DNA from: the human T2T-CHM13v2.0 reference genome, Homo sapiens
Length of the DNA stretch: 64,000 bases
Assembly: GCF_009914755.1 (NCBI RefSeq)
Contig: NC_060937.1
Strand: one strand, 5' to 3'
Shown here: positions 62,131 through 64,000 of the stretch, in pieces
How the letters are laid out: every line of letters begins with the position of its first letter
Position numbering within the stretch: the first letter of the stretch is position 1
Made by a program: the position numbers and the translations under genes
Notes under the pieces: generated by a model
The model's input: the letters and a program-made list of their open reading frames with translations, nothing else
Told to the model about the DNA's origin: nothing
Database searches by the model: none

Positions 62131-63052
62131 TGTTTCCATATCATTAAGACAGTGGTGCCAAACTGCCCTGGTAGTCGTCATACTCTTCGCTGCACTCAGA
62201 GGGAAAAAAGAAAACCAGTTTTACATAAGAAGGTCCTTGATGAAACAGTAAAAAGTATCAATTTTATTAAATCCCAACTTGAGTCTGCATCTTTTTAATA
62301 TTCTGTGTGAGGAAACAGGAGGTGGGTATAAAGTGCTTTTGCTACAGACCTAAGGTATGAAGATGGCTTTAAGGAAAACCATGTATGTGATTGTTTGAGT
62401 TGCAGACTGACTTATCTACTTTTTTAATGGAACATCATGAACTGACAATGGTTAGTTAGACTTGGATATTTGGCAGATATTTTCTTGAAAATATAGTGAA
62501 CCTGTCACTTTCAGATAAACAACTGACAGTATTTGTTGCCAGTGATAAAATTTGAGCTATCAAGTGAAAATTAGAATTTTGGAAAACTCATATTCTCTAT
62601 TATGAGCCTGACAGCATCTCACCACTTAGACTCTTTTGATGGGATTGGTGGTGATATTAATGAACGGGATTTTTTTTAATATTGTAAAATCAGTAAATCA
62701 TTGTTTTCCGGATGACCAATGCACAATGCTACAAAATCATGCATGAGTAAAAGCCATTCTAAGTGCAAGACAGACCAACGGACTTTAACGTAACAGTTCA
62801 AAAAGTTTGTTGATATGGTTTCAGATTCTACATTGTAACTAACCTTTAAGAAACTATCCCTTGTCAAATTTTTATGTAGTGCCAAAGAAGAATATTCACA
62901 AGTATCTGAAATGGCTGTTAAAATACTCCTTTTTCAACCACATATCTATATGAGGCCAGATAATTTTCGTATACTTCAATGAAAACAACATATTGCAACA
63001 GATTGAAAACAGAAGCAAATTTGAGCATCCAGTTGTCTTCTATTAAGCCAAA

Positions 63053-63742
63053 TTTTTTTTTTTACAAAGCAAGTTACTTTATTAGAATTTTAAACAATGT
63101 ATAAGTGATGGAATCATTCTAACAACACATCTATTCACTGCTTACAATTCCAACCAATTTCAGTTCTCTGATATCTAATGACAAGAGCGAAGACCTGTTA
63201 AAGTTCCTTCCACCAGTAAAACCCACAGCTCAAAGTTGTGGGAGTGATTAACTGAGCCATAGGCCTTCATTCACATGTTTACCACATTAAAATACCACAC
63301 AGTGTTTTCTTATAAGGTCAACCACCTGGGAACTAATTAACATTAGCATTAAGATTTAAATAAACTGTTAGGCACAGGGCTAGATCAGGCATTATAAAAC
63401 CCTGTGGTTCCCTAGTCAAGTCACACAAATCCCCAAATATTTTAGCTTGTAACAGTTTTGTCCTTCCTCTCTTGAGACAATTATTTGGGTACTTGCTTTT
63501 GGCAATAACGTAATTCACAATGGAAGTTTCCTAACTGTGATGGTGCTTTAGGCAACTTCGGAGAATGAAGATAGAAATTATGCATGATTATATAACATGA
63601 AGAGTTTAATTTCTATTACACACTCAATTTCCATGCCCTGATTTCTCTTAACTCTATAAACACATGTAAATCTTCTGCAGAGCTTTAAAGAGCTCTGAAA
63701 GGGAAAACACCTTTCCATATATGGAATTGATAGCATAGTACA
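63053..63742 (-). pseudogene. 3' end of a probable retroposed mRNA, parent unidentified
   Basis: - strand reads ...AATAAA (63083-63078), 14 nt, then A11 (63063-63053), abutting the broken Charlie1; upstream is unique 3'UTR-like AT-rich sequence. Confidence 0.65.
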
Positions 63743-64000
63743 GGTCAGGCGCAGTGGCCCACACCTGCAATCCCAACATTGTGAGGCCAGTGGGAGGACC
63801 ACCTCAGGTCAGGAGCCCAAGACCAGCCTGGGCAACATAGCGAGACCCCATCTCTACCAAAAAAAAAAAAAAAAAAAAGAGCTGGGTGTGGTGGTGCACA
63901 CCTGCAATCACAGCCAATCTGGAGGCTGAGGCAGGAGGATTGGTAGAGTATGGGAGTTAGAAGTTACAGTGAGCTATGATGTCACCACTGCACTCCAGCT
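63743..64000 (+). mobile_element. Old Alu (runs off the window)
   Basis: Alu consensus match with expanded middle A-tract. Confidence 0.85.

Overview
Primate (very likely human) genomic DNA, dense in Alu, L1, LTR and DNA-transposon remnants. Gene order matches the FNDC3A-MLNR-CDADC1 cluster, which I recall as 13q14.2. The + strand carries the last three coding exons and 3'UTR of FNDC3A, the complete two-exon motilin receptor gene MLNR in a CpG island, and the promoter plus exons 1-4 of CDADC1. The - strand carries a TSD-flanked processed pseudogene of OGFOD1 just past the FNDC3A poly(A) signals and an unidentified retroposed mRNA 3' end in CDADC1 intron 4. I found no new gene system. Best leads: (1) a CDADC1 uORF whose stop overlaps the main start (ATGA), next to a candidate LC8 TQT motif lost on downstream initiation; (2) an in-frame cryptic MLNR acceptor adding 26 aa, plus an in-frame upstream ATG overlapping tandem G4 motifs; (3) a MER85 with a perfected PGBD3-binding palindrome in FNDC3A; (4) possible FNDC3A read-through antisense to OGFOD1; (5) a near-consensus AluYa5. 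Gene and repeat names come from recognition by eye, not database searches. Repeat boundaries without TSDs are approximate.
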